Positions 1 to 7,386 of a stretch of DNA of 20,000 nt are shown here, one piece after another. The stretch is from an uncultured virus (IMG/VR IMGVR_UViG_3300046724_000456) (lineage: Duplodnaviria; Heunggongvirae; Uroviricota; Caudoviricetes). Position 1 is the stretch's first letter; each line of letters begins with the position of its first letter. The position numbers were made by a program, and so were the translations under genes. The DNA lies in the IMG/VR virus record IMGVR_UViG_3300046724_000456. One strand, written 5' to 3'. The notes beneath the pieces were generated by a model. It searched no databases, was not told where the DNA came from, and saw nothing but the letters and a program-made list of their open reading frames with translations.

Positions 1-1
1 G

Positions 2-253
2 GGAACTCGATTCCTGGCCCACCGCGCGGATCTCGCGAACCCGCCTCACCACGCCGGTCAGACCCAGGAGGTTTCGGCCTTCTCGGAGACCGAAGCTATC
101 GCGATCGCCGCGGCCGGCTACGAACAGATGCACCCGCCGGCGGTTCTGGTCGACGCGATCGAAGACGCGATCTCCCAGGCGCAGGCCGGGCATCTCGACC
201 ATGGGGTCCAGGCGCGCGCCGTCCTTGAGGCGATCGACAGGATCGGCCGCTGA
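2..253 (+). CDS. Hypothetical protein, 5'-truncated (…GTRFLAHRADLANPP…LEAIDRIGR)
   Basis: Frame open from window edge to TGA 251-253, overlapping next ATG (TGATG). Confidence 0.7.
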   Translation, partial: GTRFLAHRADLANPPHHAGQTQEVSAFSETEAIAIAAAGYEQMHPPAVLVDAIEDAISQAQAGHLDHGVQARAVLEAIDRIGR

Positions 254-492
254 TGAAGGTTCTAGTCGTTAGGATGCCCGCCGCCGCGGCCCGCGACAAG
301 CTGGCGATCTCGGTCGAGCTCGCCGGGCGCTCCGAAGAAATGGAGGAGGCCGACATCGTGATCGGCATCTGGGGCACCGACGACTCCGCCCACGTGATGA
401 AGGATCGCTATGGCACCTACGGACTGGGCGAGGTCAACGTGGTCAACGCCCGTTCGATCGCGAAGGCGCTGCGGGAGAGTGATCCGCTATGA
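253..492 (+). CDS. Hypothetical protein, 79 aa
   Basis: TGATG coupling; weak resemblance to DnaB C-terminal motif (EEADIVIGIW…VMKDRYG). Confidence 0.75.
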   Translation: MKVLVVRMPAAAARDKLAISVELAGRSEEMEEADIVIGIWGTDDSAHVMKDRYGTYGLGEVNVVNARSIAKALRESDPL

Positions 493-517
493 GCCGGACA
501 TTCGCCGGAGTGCCACT

Positions 518-736
518 GTGAGGGCCTACACCGTCATCCGGTGGGTGCGGGCGGTCGACGAGCAGACCGTCTTTGCCAACACGGCCGAGGAAGCGGCACA
601 GAAATCAGACACTGGCGACGTCGAGGACTCCGAACGCACCGGTGAGGCCACCGGCATCCGATCGGTTCACCGAGACCCCGCCGAAGACGAGCGCTGCGCC
701 GAAGCGTATGGACCTCACGATCCGAGGAAGGCCTGA
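518..736 (+). CDS. Small hypothetical protein with VFANTAEEA motif
   Basis: GTG 518 after GGAG 507-510; TGATG coupling to next gene. Confidence 0.7.
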   Translation: MRAYTVIRWVRAVDEQTVFANTAEEAAQKSDTGDVEDSERTGEATGIRSVHRDPAEDERCAEAYGPHDPRKA

Positions 737-930
737 TGGCCGACGAGCTCACCCGCGAGACGCTCGATCGCCTGGCGCTCTCCTATGGAGGCAAGGTGGG
801 GCTCGGCTGTGCTACACACCCCGACGTCGGCACCACTGCCCTCTATCAGGATGGCTCCGTTCGGATCCTCTGCCGGGAGTGCGGTTTCGAGGCGATGCGG
901 GTGAAGGTTGCCCAGAAGGAGACCTCGTGA
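736..930 (+). CDS. Zn-ribbon protein (CxxH…CxxC)
   Basis: CATH and CREC motifs; coupled overlaps. Confidence 0.75.
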   Translation: MADELTRETLDRLALSYGGKVGLGCATHPDVGTTALYQDGSVRILCRECGFEAMRVKVAQKETS

Positions 931-1046
931 TCTGCTGGGCCTGCAAGCTCGGGTTGCACGGTAAGTGCCTGGCCGGGGCGTGTGGCTGCGACGGGAAGTG
1001 CAAGGAGCGCCTGGAGGCCAAATACGCGCCGAAGGCCGAGAAGTGA
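927..1046 (+). CDS. 39-aa Cys-rich protein (VICWACKLGLHGKCLAGACGCDGKC…)
   Basis: GTGA overlaps at both ends, SD AAGGAG upstream, 6 Cys + His. Confidence 0.7.
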   Translation: MICWACKLGLHGKCLAGACGCDGKCKERLEAKYAPKAEK

Positions 1047-1213
1047 AGTTCCGGGCCACCTCCTACTCGATGGGCTCGATCGTCGCCGTGGCGCACTTCG
1101 AGGCCCCCACCTACTCCGCCGCGCGCCGGCACCCGAAGGTTGCCGAACTCCCCGCCGCCGGCAGCAGCGACCGCGGCAAGGTCAAGGTCGTCGGGATCAA
1201 GCCGCTGCGATGA
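1043..1213 (+). CDS. Small hypothetical protein (HFEAPTYSAA motif)
   Basis: GTGA start overlap, ATGA end overlap. Confidence 0.65.
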   Translation: MKFRATSYSMGSIVAVAHFEAPTYSAARRHPKVAELPAAGSSDRGKVKVVGIKPLR

Positions 1214-1605
1214 GCCTCCGAGAGAAAGCCGAAGCTGAAGTGGAGGCCGATCAGATGCGCGCCCGCGAACGCCGCGAGACCGAGGCGGAGCGTGCCCACC
1301 GCCGCCATCTCGAAGACGCCAAGCCCGCGGCCGAGTGGTTATCGGACTGGTCAGGGATGTCGGTTGGTCCGCAGGAGCTAACACACGCCCCCAAGTACTT
1401 CCCTGGCTTCCACGCCTACAAAACCTGGAAGATGACGCTCGATGGCTTCGAGCTGGTGATCAAACAGGAGAAGCGTTACAAGCCGATGCTGGAGGAGCAC
1501 ACACCCGACTGGGACTTCGAGCTCTACCAGAAGCTTGTTACTGGCGAGACTCGGCGTGTCAGCCGCCCGGCAGATCTCCTGGAGCCTGAGCGGACCGTGG
1601 CGTGA
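1210..1605 (+). CDS. Hypothetical protein with N-terminal charged helix
   Basis: ATGA coupling; start revised from ORF track 982. Confidence 0.75.
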   Translation: MSLREKAEAEVEADQMRARERRETEAERAHRRHLEDAKPAAEWLSDWSGMSVGPQELTHAPKYFPGFHAYKTWKMTLDGFELVIKQEKRYKPMLEEHTPDWDFELYQKLVTGETRRVSRPADLLEPERTVA

Positions 1606-1763
1606 TGGGTTCGGGAATTGACGACCCCGAAGTGGGCGGAGACGCGCTCTGGATCCTGATGATGGTGATCGGTGTCGTTCTCCTAGTGCTGATCCTCACC
1701 CACAATGCGCCGCCCCACCACTGTCAGGCCGCGAAGAAGTGTCATGTTCACCCCCATCGGTAG
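1605..1763 (+). CDS. 52-aa single-pass membrane protein with His/Cys tail
   Basis: TGATG coupling; LWILMMVIGVVLLVLIL hydrophobic stretch; TAG 1761-1763; absent from ORF track. Confidence 0.65.
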   Translation: MGSGIDDPEVGGDALWILMMVIGVVLLVLILTHNAPPHHCQAAKKCHVHPHR

Positions 1764-1772
1764 AGGTCTCAG

Positions 1773-2069
1773 ATGATCTGGAAATTTTCCATCAAGGTGA
1801 CCGACGGTGTCCAGAGACTGACCATTCCCCGCGGGTCTGAAATCCTGTCGGTCGGCGACCAGCGATATATTCCCGGTCAGATCCAGGTCTGGGTGAAAGT
1901 GCCGCCGGAGACCAAGAACGACTGGTTTGAGGAACTCCGCAGTGAAGAACGGCGGCTCGTGGTCTGTGGCACCGGACAAATCACACCAGCCCCTGCGACC
2001 TTCCTTGGAACAGTGTTACAGGCTGGTGATGCGCTTGCCTGGCATGTTTTCCTGGAGGGTGACAGATGA
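1773..2069 (+). CDS. Conserved phage protein (DUF7352-like)
   Basis: IWKF…IPRGSEILSV…VWV…VCGTG…FLGTV…AWHVF pattern recalled from a widespread phage family. Confidence 0.7.
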   Translation: MIWKFSIKVTDGVQRLTIPRGSEILSVGDQRYIPGQIQVWVKVPPETKNDWFEELRSEERRLVVCGTGQITPAPATFLGTVLQAGDALAWHVFLEGDR

Positions 2070-2350
2070 GTCTCGACCCCCATCTATCCGAGGATGCGCC
2101 TGAGCCCGGCGACCGCCTGGGCGGCATCGCTGAGCGCCTCGGCAAGGCCTTCGACGCGGACCCGGAGAAGCAGGAGAATGACCGCCTGATGGTGCTAATC
2201 GCGCCGCCGGTGAAGGGCGAACGAGGCATGATCTACTGTCACGATTACGAGGACGAGGAGATGATGCTCGACGACCTCGGGATCTACGTGAAAGCTCTGT
2301 TTGAGGCTCACGGTCAGCAGGTAACGGTGTTGCCGGTGGGGCAAGGATGA
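2066..2350 (+). CDS. Hypothetical protein
   Basis: ATGA overlaps at both ends, SD GGAGG. Confidence 0.75.
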   Translation: MSLDPHLSEDAPEPGDRLGGIAERLGKAFDADPEKQENDRLMVLIAPPVKGERGMIYCHDYEDEEMMLDDLGIYVKALFEAHGQQVTVLPVGQG

Positions 2351-2898
2351 AGGCAATCACCCTCACCCAGCCGTGGGCGACGCTGGTGGCGATCGGAGCG
2401 AAGCACTACGAGACTCGAAGCTGGGCACCTCCATTCCCCTCCGGGATCCTGGCGATCCACGCAGGCAAAGGGATCCCGAAAGAGCTCGGCGGCGAGAAGG
2501 GCCACTTGCGGCGCTGCGCGGAAGAGCCGTTCGCAAGTGTGCTGGCCGCGGCCGGGTATACGGCGTTGAACCTCCCCCGCGGCGAGGTCATTGCGATCAC
2601 TCAGGTCCACGGCTGCTTCACCACCAACTCGTTCCGGCCGGAGATGGTCGCAGAGGGCTGGGTTGATCCGTGGGGTGCCAATGGCGAGAGGTGGAAGGTC
2701 GAGCCCGCCGAGCACGAGGCGGCTTTTGGGAACTATGGCCCCGACCGGGTCGCGTGGGCACTCGGTGGCGTCATCGACCTTCTCGTTTCCTCAGAGTGGC
2801 GCTATCCCTGTCGCGGCCGGCAGAAAGTGTGGAATCTGCCGGACAAGATCGCTGACGAACTGAATGAGCGCATGAACATGGCGGCATTCTTACTGTGA
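2347..2898 (+). CDS. ASCH (PUA-like) domain protein
   Basis: KAITLTQPWATLVAIGAKHYETRSW…LAIHAG…PRGEVIA…PCRGRQKVW signature. Confidence 0.92.
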   Translation: MKAITLTQPWATLVAIGAKHYETRSWAPPFPSGILAIHAGKGIPKELGGEKGHLRRCAEEPFASVLAAAGYTALNLPRGEVIAITQVHGCFTTNSFRPEMVAEGWVDPWGANGERWKVEPAEHEAAFGNYGPDRVAWALGGVIDLLVSSEWRYPCRGRQKVWNLPDKIADELNERMNMAAFLL

Positions 2899-3164
2899 GC
2901 GCCGAGCGCACCTTCATCGTCGGCGTGCCCAAACTGGAACTGGTAGAGGAGATCGAGGCACCCACGGCCGGCGACGCCGTTCACCGTCTGCTCGACAGTA
3001 CGAGCGGTGTCTTCGAGGAGAAGACGGATTCGGTCCCCTTCGGCGAAATCTTCGGCGAGATGGCACCATCGACAATCGCTTGGGTGATCGACACCAGGGA
3101 CGATTCGGTGACACGATTCAAGTTAGTACTGGGCTGGGATAAAACTACCGAGGCGATCAACTGA
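2895..3164 (+). CDS. Hypothetical protein (EIEAPTAGDA motif)
   Basis: GTGA/TGATG coupling. Confidence 0.7.
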   Translation: MSAERTFIVGVPKLELVEEIEAPTAGDAVHRLLDSTSGVFEEKTDSVPFGEIFGEMAPSTIAWVIDTRDDSVTRFKLVLGWDKTTEAIN

Positions 3165-3418
3165 TGACGGTCAACCCACCCAGGACCCGAGTGCCCACCG
3201 GGGCGCGGAGGGCGAAGGCGGGTCCCATCCACGTTGCCGGGTGCGCAAAGGCCGAGCATGAACGGACCGGCGTCCAAGTGGACATCATCAACTGGCAGGT
3301 CACGGAACCGCACGGAACTGACACGAAACTGGTCAGTTTCTTTTATGCGAATGACCTCGGGTTTGTGCGATGGGCGATCTACAAAGATGGCGAGTTCGTA
3401 GACGGAGGACAAGTCTGA
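3164..3418 (+). CDS. Hypothetical protein
   Basis: TGATG coupling at both ends. Confidence 0.7.
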   Translation: MTVNPPRTRVPTGARRAKAGPIHVAGCAKAEHERTGVQVDIINWQVTEPHGTDTKLVSFFYANDLGFVRWAIYKDGEFVDGGQV

Positions 3419-3567
3419 TGGGCGCGGCAGTCGCCTTGCTCTGGTTCTGTCTTTTCCTGCTGTACCTATTGACCAGCGGTGTGGCGAGCCTGGTCTTCTT
3501 CGTGTTGATGATCGTCGTGTCTGCCTGGGCGGGTCGCCTCGTCCGTGAACGGATGCATAGGCGATGA
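3418..3567 (+). CDS. Small 2-TM membrane protein
   Basis: ATG 3418 after GGAGG; hydrophobic body with basic tail. Confidence 0.7.
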   Translation: MGAAVALLWFCLFLLYLLTSGVASLVFFVLMIVVSAWAGRLVRERMHRR

Positions 3568-3782
3568 AGGCCGACGCCGAGCGCAATGTGCGCCTGGGCT
3601 GGTGCCCCTGCGGCAGTGAGTATGCCCACGAATGTGAGTGCCATGGCCTCTACAGGCTTGCGGTCTCCCAGGGGTTGAAGGAACCGGAGATCGAGCGTCA
3701 CACCCAACCTGACTACGGGCCGGTGTTCGACCAGGAGTTGTCGACCTACGGGACCTCAGTGAATCTCAGGCGGGATCAGTGA
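3564..3782 (+). CDS. Cys/His-containing hypothetical protein
   Basis: CPCG…HECECH; coupled overlaps. Confidence 0.7.
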   Translation: MKADAERNVRLGWCPCGSEYAHECECHGLYRLAVSQGLKEPEIERHTQPDYGPVFDQELSTYGTSVNLRRDQ

Positions 3783-4063
3783 AGGCGCTGACCAAGGGGC
3801 AGATCGAGTTCCTTCAGTGCGTCGAGCCAAAGCGCTACGAACCCGAGCGCGAGCGAGAGGCGGCATTCATCGCGACGCGCTGGAACGTTCGCCATCGCCA
3901 TGACCCCCTGCTCACGACCGGTGCGGCTGAAGCGCGGCTCCGGCGGCTGGAGGCGCGAGGGTACGTCACTCCCAATTTCAACGGTGCCGCGCCGATCCGC
4001 TGGTGGTTGACGGCCGAAGGCATGAAGCTGGTGCCCGAACGTTCCCCCGGCCGGGTGAGGTAG
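3779..4063 (+). CDS. Winged-helix-like DNA-binding protein
   Basis: LTKGQIEFL…ARLRRLEARGYV…WLTAEG pattern. Confidence 0.7.
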   Translation: MKALTKGQIEFLQCVEPKRYEPEREREAAFIATRWNVRHRHDPLLTTGAAEARLRRLEARGYVTPNFNGAAPIRWWLTAEGMKLVPERSPGRVR

Positions 4064-4066
4064 GCA

Positions 4067-4237
4067 GTGATCTTCACGATCGACACCGAGGAGAAGGTCC
4101 AGGGCGTCTATCGCGTGGAGGCGGACAGCGCAGAGCAGGCCCAGGAACTCTTCGAGCAGGGCAGCGTGAATCCGCCGGTCATTTACGAGGCGGTCGAGAC
4201 GAAGATCGTCAGGATCGCGAGGGAGAACAATGTCTGA
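4067..4237 (+). CDS. 56-aa protein with VEADSAEQA motif
   Basis: GTG 4067 after GAGG; VIFTIDTEEKVQGVYRVEADSAEQAQELFEQG…; absent from ORF track. Confidence 0.7.
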   Translation: MIFTIDTEEKVQGVYRVEADSAEQAQELFEQGSVNPPVIYEAVETKIVRIARENNV

Positions 4238-4466
4238 GGGGGAAGCCACAGAGTTCGAGGCCCGGATCGAAGCCAACAAGACCGGTGGGTGGAACTGGAC
4301 GATCGTCGCTACTAACGGGAGGTGGCCCTACTGGCTTAGTGGAACGGGGTCTCCCACCACAAGCGGATCGAACTGGTTCAAGTGGACAGCCCGTAGTGAT
4401 GCGCGCCATGCACTGAAGGTGATCCGGCGCTACATCAAGAGGGCCGAGCCAGAGACCATCAGATGA
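4230..4466 (+). CDS. YegP/DUF1508-like protein
   Basis: GGWNWTIVATNG…ARSDARHALKVI resembles DUF1508 W-x-W-x-x-x-A-x-N-G pattern. Confidence 0.5.
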   Translation: MSEGEATEFEARIEANKTGGWNWTIVATNGRWPYWLSGTGSPTTSGSNWFKWTARSDARHALKVIRRYIKRAEPETIR

Positions 4467-4651
4467 TGAAAGCGGAGACACAGGCTGAACTCGTCGAACG
4501 CTTCCGTGGCACCACCATGCGCGCGACGTCGACCCAATACGAGCTGCTCAAGGACCACATCAATCCATGTGGTCGCTGTGGGTACTGGACCCTCAACGAG
4601 CAACTCGACGACGACCAGCAGGAATGCGAAGCCTGTCGAGAGGAAGTCTGA
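4463..4651 (+). CDS. Zn-ribbon protein
   Basis: CGRC…CEAC. Confidence 0.7.
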   Translation: MMKAETQAELVERFRGTTMRATSTQYELLKDHINPCGRCGYWTLNEQLDDDQQECEACREEV

Positions 4652-4857
4652 TGGGCGAGTTCAGTGTCGAAGACAAAGTGGCGCTGAGGCAGTTCAATGA
4701 TCGCTTCGACGAGGCCTTGGACCGGCTAGACGACATCGTCAACCGGCTCGGTTTCGCAGCCGAGAGCTTCACCGAGGCAGCCAACCGCTTGGAAGAGGCC
4801 GCTCGGCCGATGAATGACGCAGCGGACAAGATGCTGCGCGCCGGGAGAATGGGATGA
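4651..4857 (+). CDS. Coiled-coil protein
   Basis: TGATG start; heptad pattern (LDRLDDIVNRL…AANRLEEAA). Confidence 0.7.
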   Translation: MGEFSVEDKVALRQFNDRFDEALDRLDDIVNRLGFAAESFTEAANRLEEAARPMNDAADKMLRAGRMG

Positions 4858-4997
4858 TCCTCCTACTTCTCTGGCTGTTCTTGATCACACTCGCGGCCGG
4901 CGCTGCGACGGGTTCCTATCTGTTGTTCTCGCTCGTCGTGCTGGTCGCTGCCTGCGCCCTCGCGAGTTGGGCCTGCTCTTCACTGGGGGGAAGATAA
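4854..4997 (+). CDS. 47-aa 2-TM membrane protein
   Basis: MILLLLWLFLITLAAGAATGSYLLFSLVVLVAACALASW…; ATGA and TAATG overlaps; absent from ORF track. Confidence 0.65.
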   Translation: MILLLLWLFLITLAAGAATGSYLLFSLVVLVAACALASWACSSLGGR

Positions 4998-5233
4998 TGA
5001 GCGTCCGCATGTCGTCAGTTGAGCTGACTGCGAAGCAGATCGAGACGATGAAGGCCTTGGAGCCGCAGGGCAAGAGGGTTATCATCGAACAGGCGCAGAA
5101 CATTCATTCGACCGGCATTCATACCACCACTTACTTTCGGTTTGGCGAGGGCAAGGGGAAGAAGGAGTGGGTGATCTTGCGCGATGGCAGGACGAAAGTG
5201 AACCCGGCCCCTGGAAGAGGAAAGGTTCGATGA
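4997..5233 (+). CDS. Hypothetical protein
   Basis: TAATG coupling; start revised from 4814. Confidence 0.7.
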   Translation: MSVRMSSVELTAKQIETMKALEPQGKRVIIEQAQNIHSTGIHTTTYFRFGEGKGKKEWVILRDGRTKVNPAPGRGKVR

Positions 5234-5466
5234 CGCCTCATATCTGGGATGGTGTTGATGAGCACGACAGGCGGCTTGGCGAGGCGATGGAGAAGGCCGG
5301 CTTCTCCGTGGAGACGGTCAACAAGGCGCGGCAGGGTCGCTGGTCGGACTTCAAGAGCCCTCTCGATGCTCCGAAGCTGGAGCTGGTCGAGATGCTCCGG
5401 TCCGGGCGCTTCGGTAATCAGGAGGCGCTCGCGCAGCGCGTGATCGCAGGTGAGTTCGATGGCTGA
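5230..5466 (+). CDS. Conserved phage hypothetical protein
   Basis: ARQGRWSDFKSPL…QRVIAGEFD pattern; ATGA start. Confidence 0.72.
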   Translation: MTPHIWDGVDEHDRRLGEAMEKAGFSVETVNKARQGRWSDFKSPLDAPKLELVEMLRSGRFGNQEALAQRVIAGEFDG

Positions 5467-5794
5467 GGAGTCCGCCGAGCAGTTCTATCCACTGACCGCG
5501 CGCGAGGCGTTGTTGGCAATTCGCATGAAAGTGGCAGAGTTTCCAGTGAGTAGTGACTTCCTAAGTCACATTGATCATATTGCGGCCGAGGGGCTGGGTC
5601 GAAGGGCTATGGGTGACTTCACACTGACCGATCAGCTCGCAGATCGGCTGGCGGAGGCACACGAGGTGCTGCAGAAGCTCGTCGACACCGCGCCGGAAAG
5701 TCCCGAGCAGCGAGATCTGGTCGGCAGCGCCGCGGAGGCACTCAGCTTGCCGCCGGATCTCGAAGCAATGGTCGAGAGGCGCATTGGGGGATGA
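5459..5794 (+). CDS. Helical hypothetical protein
   Basis: ATG 5459 overlapping previous stop; ATGA at end. Confidence 0.7.
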   Translation: MAEESAEQFYPLTAREALLAIRMKVAEFPVSSDFLSHIDHIAAEGLGRRAMGDFTLTDQLADRLAEAHEVLQKLVDTAPESPEQRDLVGSAAEALSLPPDLEAMVERRIGG

Positions 5795-6108
5795 CCTTTC
5801 GTGAGAAGAGAGCGACGGAGGATGAGGTCATTTACCAGATGCTCTTGCGCTGGGGTGGTGGCTGGACGACCGAGGAGATGATGGCCGGCCTCAAAGACTC
5901 AGAGGCCATGGAGGTTTTCACACTTGCGGTTCGTCCTTTGTTTCCGATGTTCGCCTTGCGCGCGAGGCTTAGACGGCTACGAAAGAAGGGTAAGGTGGTG
6001 AGCAGCCGCCTGACTCCAAAGGTTGTCGAGTGGACAGCCGTGCCGGAGGAGCTTCCAGTTCCCGATTCCACCCTTGTCGCCAAACAAGTTCCAAAGGAGC
6101 CCCAATGA
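5791..6108 (+). CDS. Winged-helix-like protein
   Basis: VIYQML…WTTEEM…LRARLRRLRKKGKV…W. Confidence 0.65.
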   Translation: MTFREKRATEDEVIYQMLLRWGGGWTTEEMMAGLKDSEAMEVFTLAVRPLFPMFALRARLRRLRKKGKVVSSRLTPKVVEWTAVPEELPVPDSTLVAKQVPKEPQ

Positions 6109-6635
6109 GCACACGCACTGAGTACGTTCCCGGCAAGCCCACGCGCTCTCAGAGCGATCTGCTGGGAGAAGCTGTCCTCATGGCTTACAAGGCAGGCTGG
6201 AAGGGGTCTATACGTGAAAAGGTGTCACCCAGGCTGCCTGGCTGGGCCACGATGCCAACCACGAACTCCCTACGCTCCAAAGGGCTCGTTGAGCCGCGCG
6301 CTGAGGGTGAATACCCCGTCGAGAAGAGGCTGACCAAATACGGCATTGCGGCCGGCGAGGAGAATTACAAGCTTCGGTTCGGCCTCTCGGCCAAGGAACA
6401 GGCCGACAGGGCTGCGAAGGAAAAACAGAAGATCGCCCAGGACGCCCAAGATCGAAAAGACAAGGTCAAGCACCTGTTCCGCGGAATGCATATCTCCAGG
6501 GGGGCGGGGTTCAACGCGAAGAAGAAGGGCAAGAGGGGCCGCTCGATCGCCGCGCACATCGACCGCAGTTCGTCGATCCAGATGAACATCGACGACCTGA
6601 TCGTGCTCGGCGAACAGATCGAGAAGCTCCGGTGA
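6105..6635 (+). CDS. Protein with wHTH-like N-terminus and basic C-terminus
   Basis: SD AAGGAG; TNSLRSKGLVE…RLTKYG. Confidence 0.7.
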   Translation: MSTRTEYVPGKPTRSQSDLLGEAVLMAYKAGWKGSIREKVSPRLPGWATMPTTNSLRSKGLVEPRAEGEYPVEKRLTKYGIAAGEENYKLRFGLSAKEQADRAAKEKQKIAQDAQDRKDKVKHLFRGMHISRGAGFNAKKKGKRGRSIAAHIDRSSSIQMNIDDLIVLGEQIEKLR

Positions 6636-6868
6636 GCGACGCCAACAAGTGCCCGGTCGACGGCTGCGACAAAGGCCGTGGGTCCGGTCAGCTCATGTGC
6701 AAAAAGCACTGGTACATGGTCCCGCGCGAGCTCCGTCACGAAGTCTGGGCCGCGGCCAAAAAGATGTGGAACGACGAACCCGACGTCGAGACCGGCTACC
6801 AGAACTGGCGGGAGCTGGCCGACACAGCGATCGGTGAGGTCGAGCTCCGCGAGAAGGAAGCAGCCTGA
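6632..6868 (+). CDS. Zn-finger phage protein
   Basis: CPVDGC…LMCKKHWYMVPRELRHEVW. Confidence 0.8.
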   Translation: MSDANKCPVDGCDKGRGSGQLMCKKHWYMVPRELRHEVWAAAKKMWNDEPDVETGYQNWRELADTAIGEVELREKEAA

Positions 6869-6877
6869 CGTAAATCA

Positions 6878-6917
6878 CCCTCTGACGGTGAAATGTCCCC
6901 CTCTGACGGTGAAATGT
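6878..6917. repeat. Two perfect 19-bp direct repeats CCCTCTGACGGTGAAATGT, 21-bp period
   Basis: Copies at 6878-6896 and 6899-6917; degenerate CTGACGTAAAT at 6865-6875. Confidence 0.9.
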
Positions 6918-6920
6918 GCG

Positions 6921-6935
6921 ATGATGCAGCATCAT
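6921..6935. promoter_or_regulatory. 15-bp palindrome ATGATGC-A-GCATCAT, candidate operator
   Basis: Perfect 7-bp arms in intergenic DNA upstream of the wHTH gene. Confidence 0.5.
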
Positions 6936-6973
6936 TCCCCTATGAAGGAGAAATAAACGATGGGAGTCAAACG

Positions 6974-7312
6974 ATGAAGAGCGCCCTGGACCAGGCCCGG
7001 GTTTTGGTGCAGACGCACCTCTCCGAGCTTGACAAGGAAAAGGGTCGGCTGGAGCGTGCTCTGGTCGAGCTCAGCGGAGGCAATGGTCGCACCCGCCAGC
7101 GCAGTTCCGGGCGTCCCCGCGGCACCGGTCGCAAACGCGGTGGCGGTCGCGCCGCGCAGGCACTCGACCTGATCAAGGCGGAGCCAGGTATCACGGCTTC
7201 GGCAATCGCCAAGGTGATGAAGATCAAGCCGAACTACCTCTACCGCGTGCTGGGTGACCTGGAGAAGCAGAAGCTGGTCACCAAGAAAGGCCGAGCCTAT
7301 ACGGCCAAATGA
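6974..7312 (+). CDS. Coiled-coil + GRPR (AT-hook-like) + C-terminal wHTH DNA-binding protein
   Basis: LSELDKEKGRLERAL; SGRPRG; ALDLIKAEPGITASAIAKVMKIKPNYLYRVLGDLEKQKLVTKKGRAY. Confidence 0.85.
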   Translation: MKSALDQARVLVQTHLSELDKEKGRLERALVELSGGNGRTRQRSSGRPRGTGRKRGGGRAAQALDLIKAEPGITASAIAKVMKIKPNYLYRVLGDLEKQKLVTKKGRAYTAK

Positions 7313-7323
7313 GCCCCATCGTG

Positions 7324-7368
7324 GCCCGGCCTCCCCGCTAGTCACCTCCTGGGGAGGCCGGGCTTTTT
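7324..7368 (+). terminator. Intrinsic terminator, 13-bp GC stem + U tract
   Basis: GCCCGGCCTCCCC (7324-7336) / GGGGAGGCCGGGC (7351-7363), then TTTTT. Confidence 0.9.
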
Positions 7369-7386
7369 GGTGGTTCAGATCGGAGA

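Noticed and set aside
3418..4997. Paralogy of the two small 2-TM proteins (3418, 4854)
   Set aside because: Similarity is explainable by hydrophobic composition alone
6878..6917. CRISPR array or attachment site
   Set aside because: Only two 19-bp copies 2 nt apart; no spacers, cas genes or integrase in the window
6932..7345. Minus-strand gene driven by AGGAGGTG in the terminator loop
   Set aside because: The SD overlaps the GTG itself with no spacing, and the ORF is the antisense of the wHTH gene
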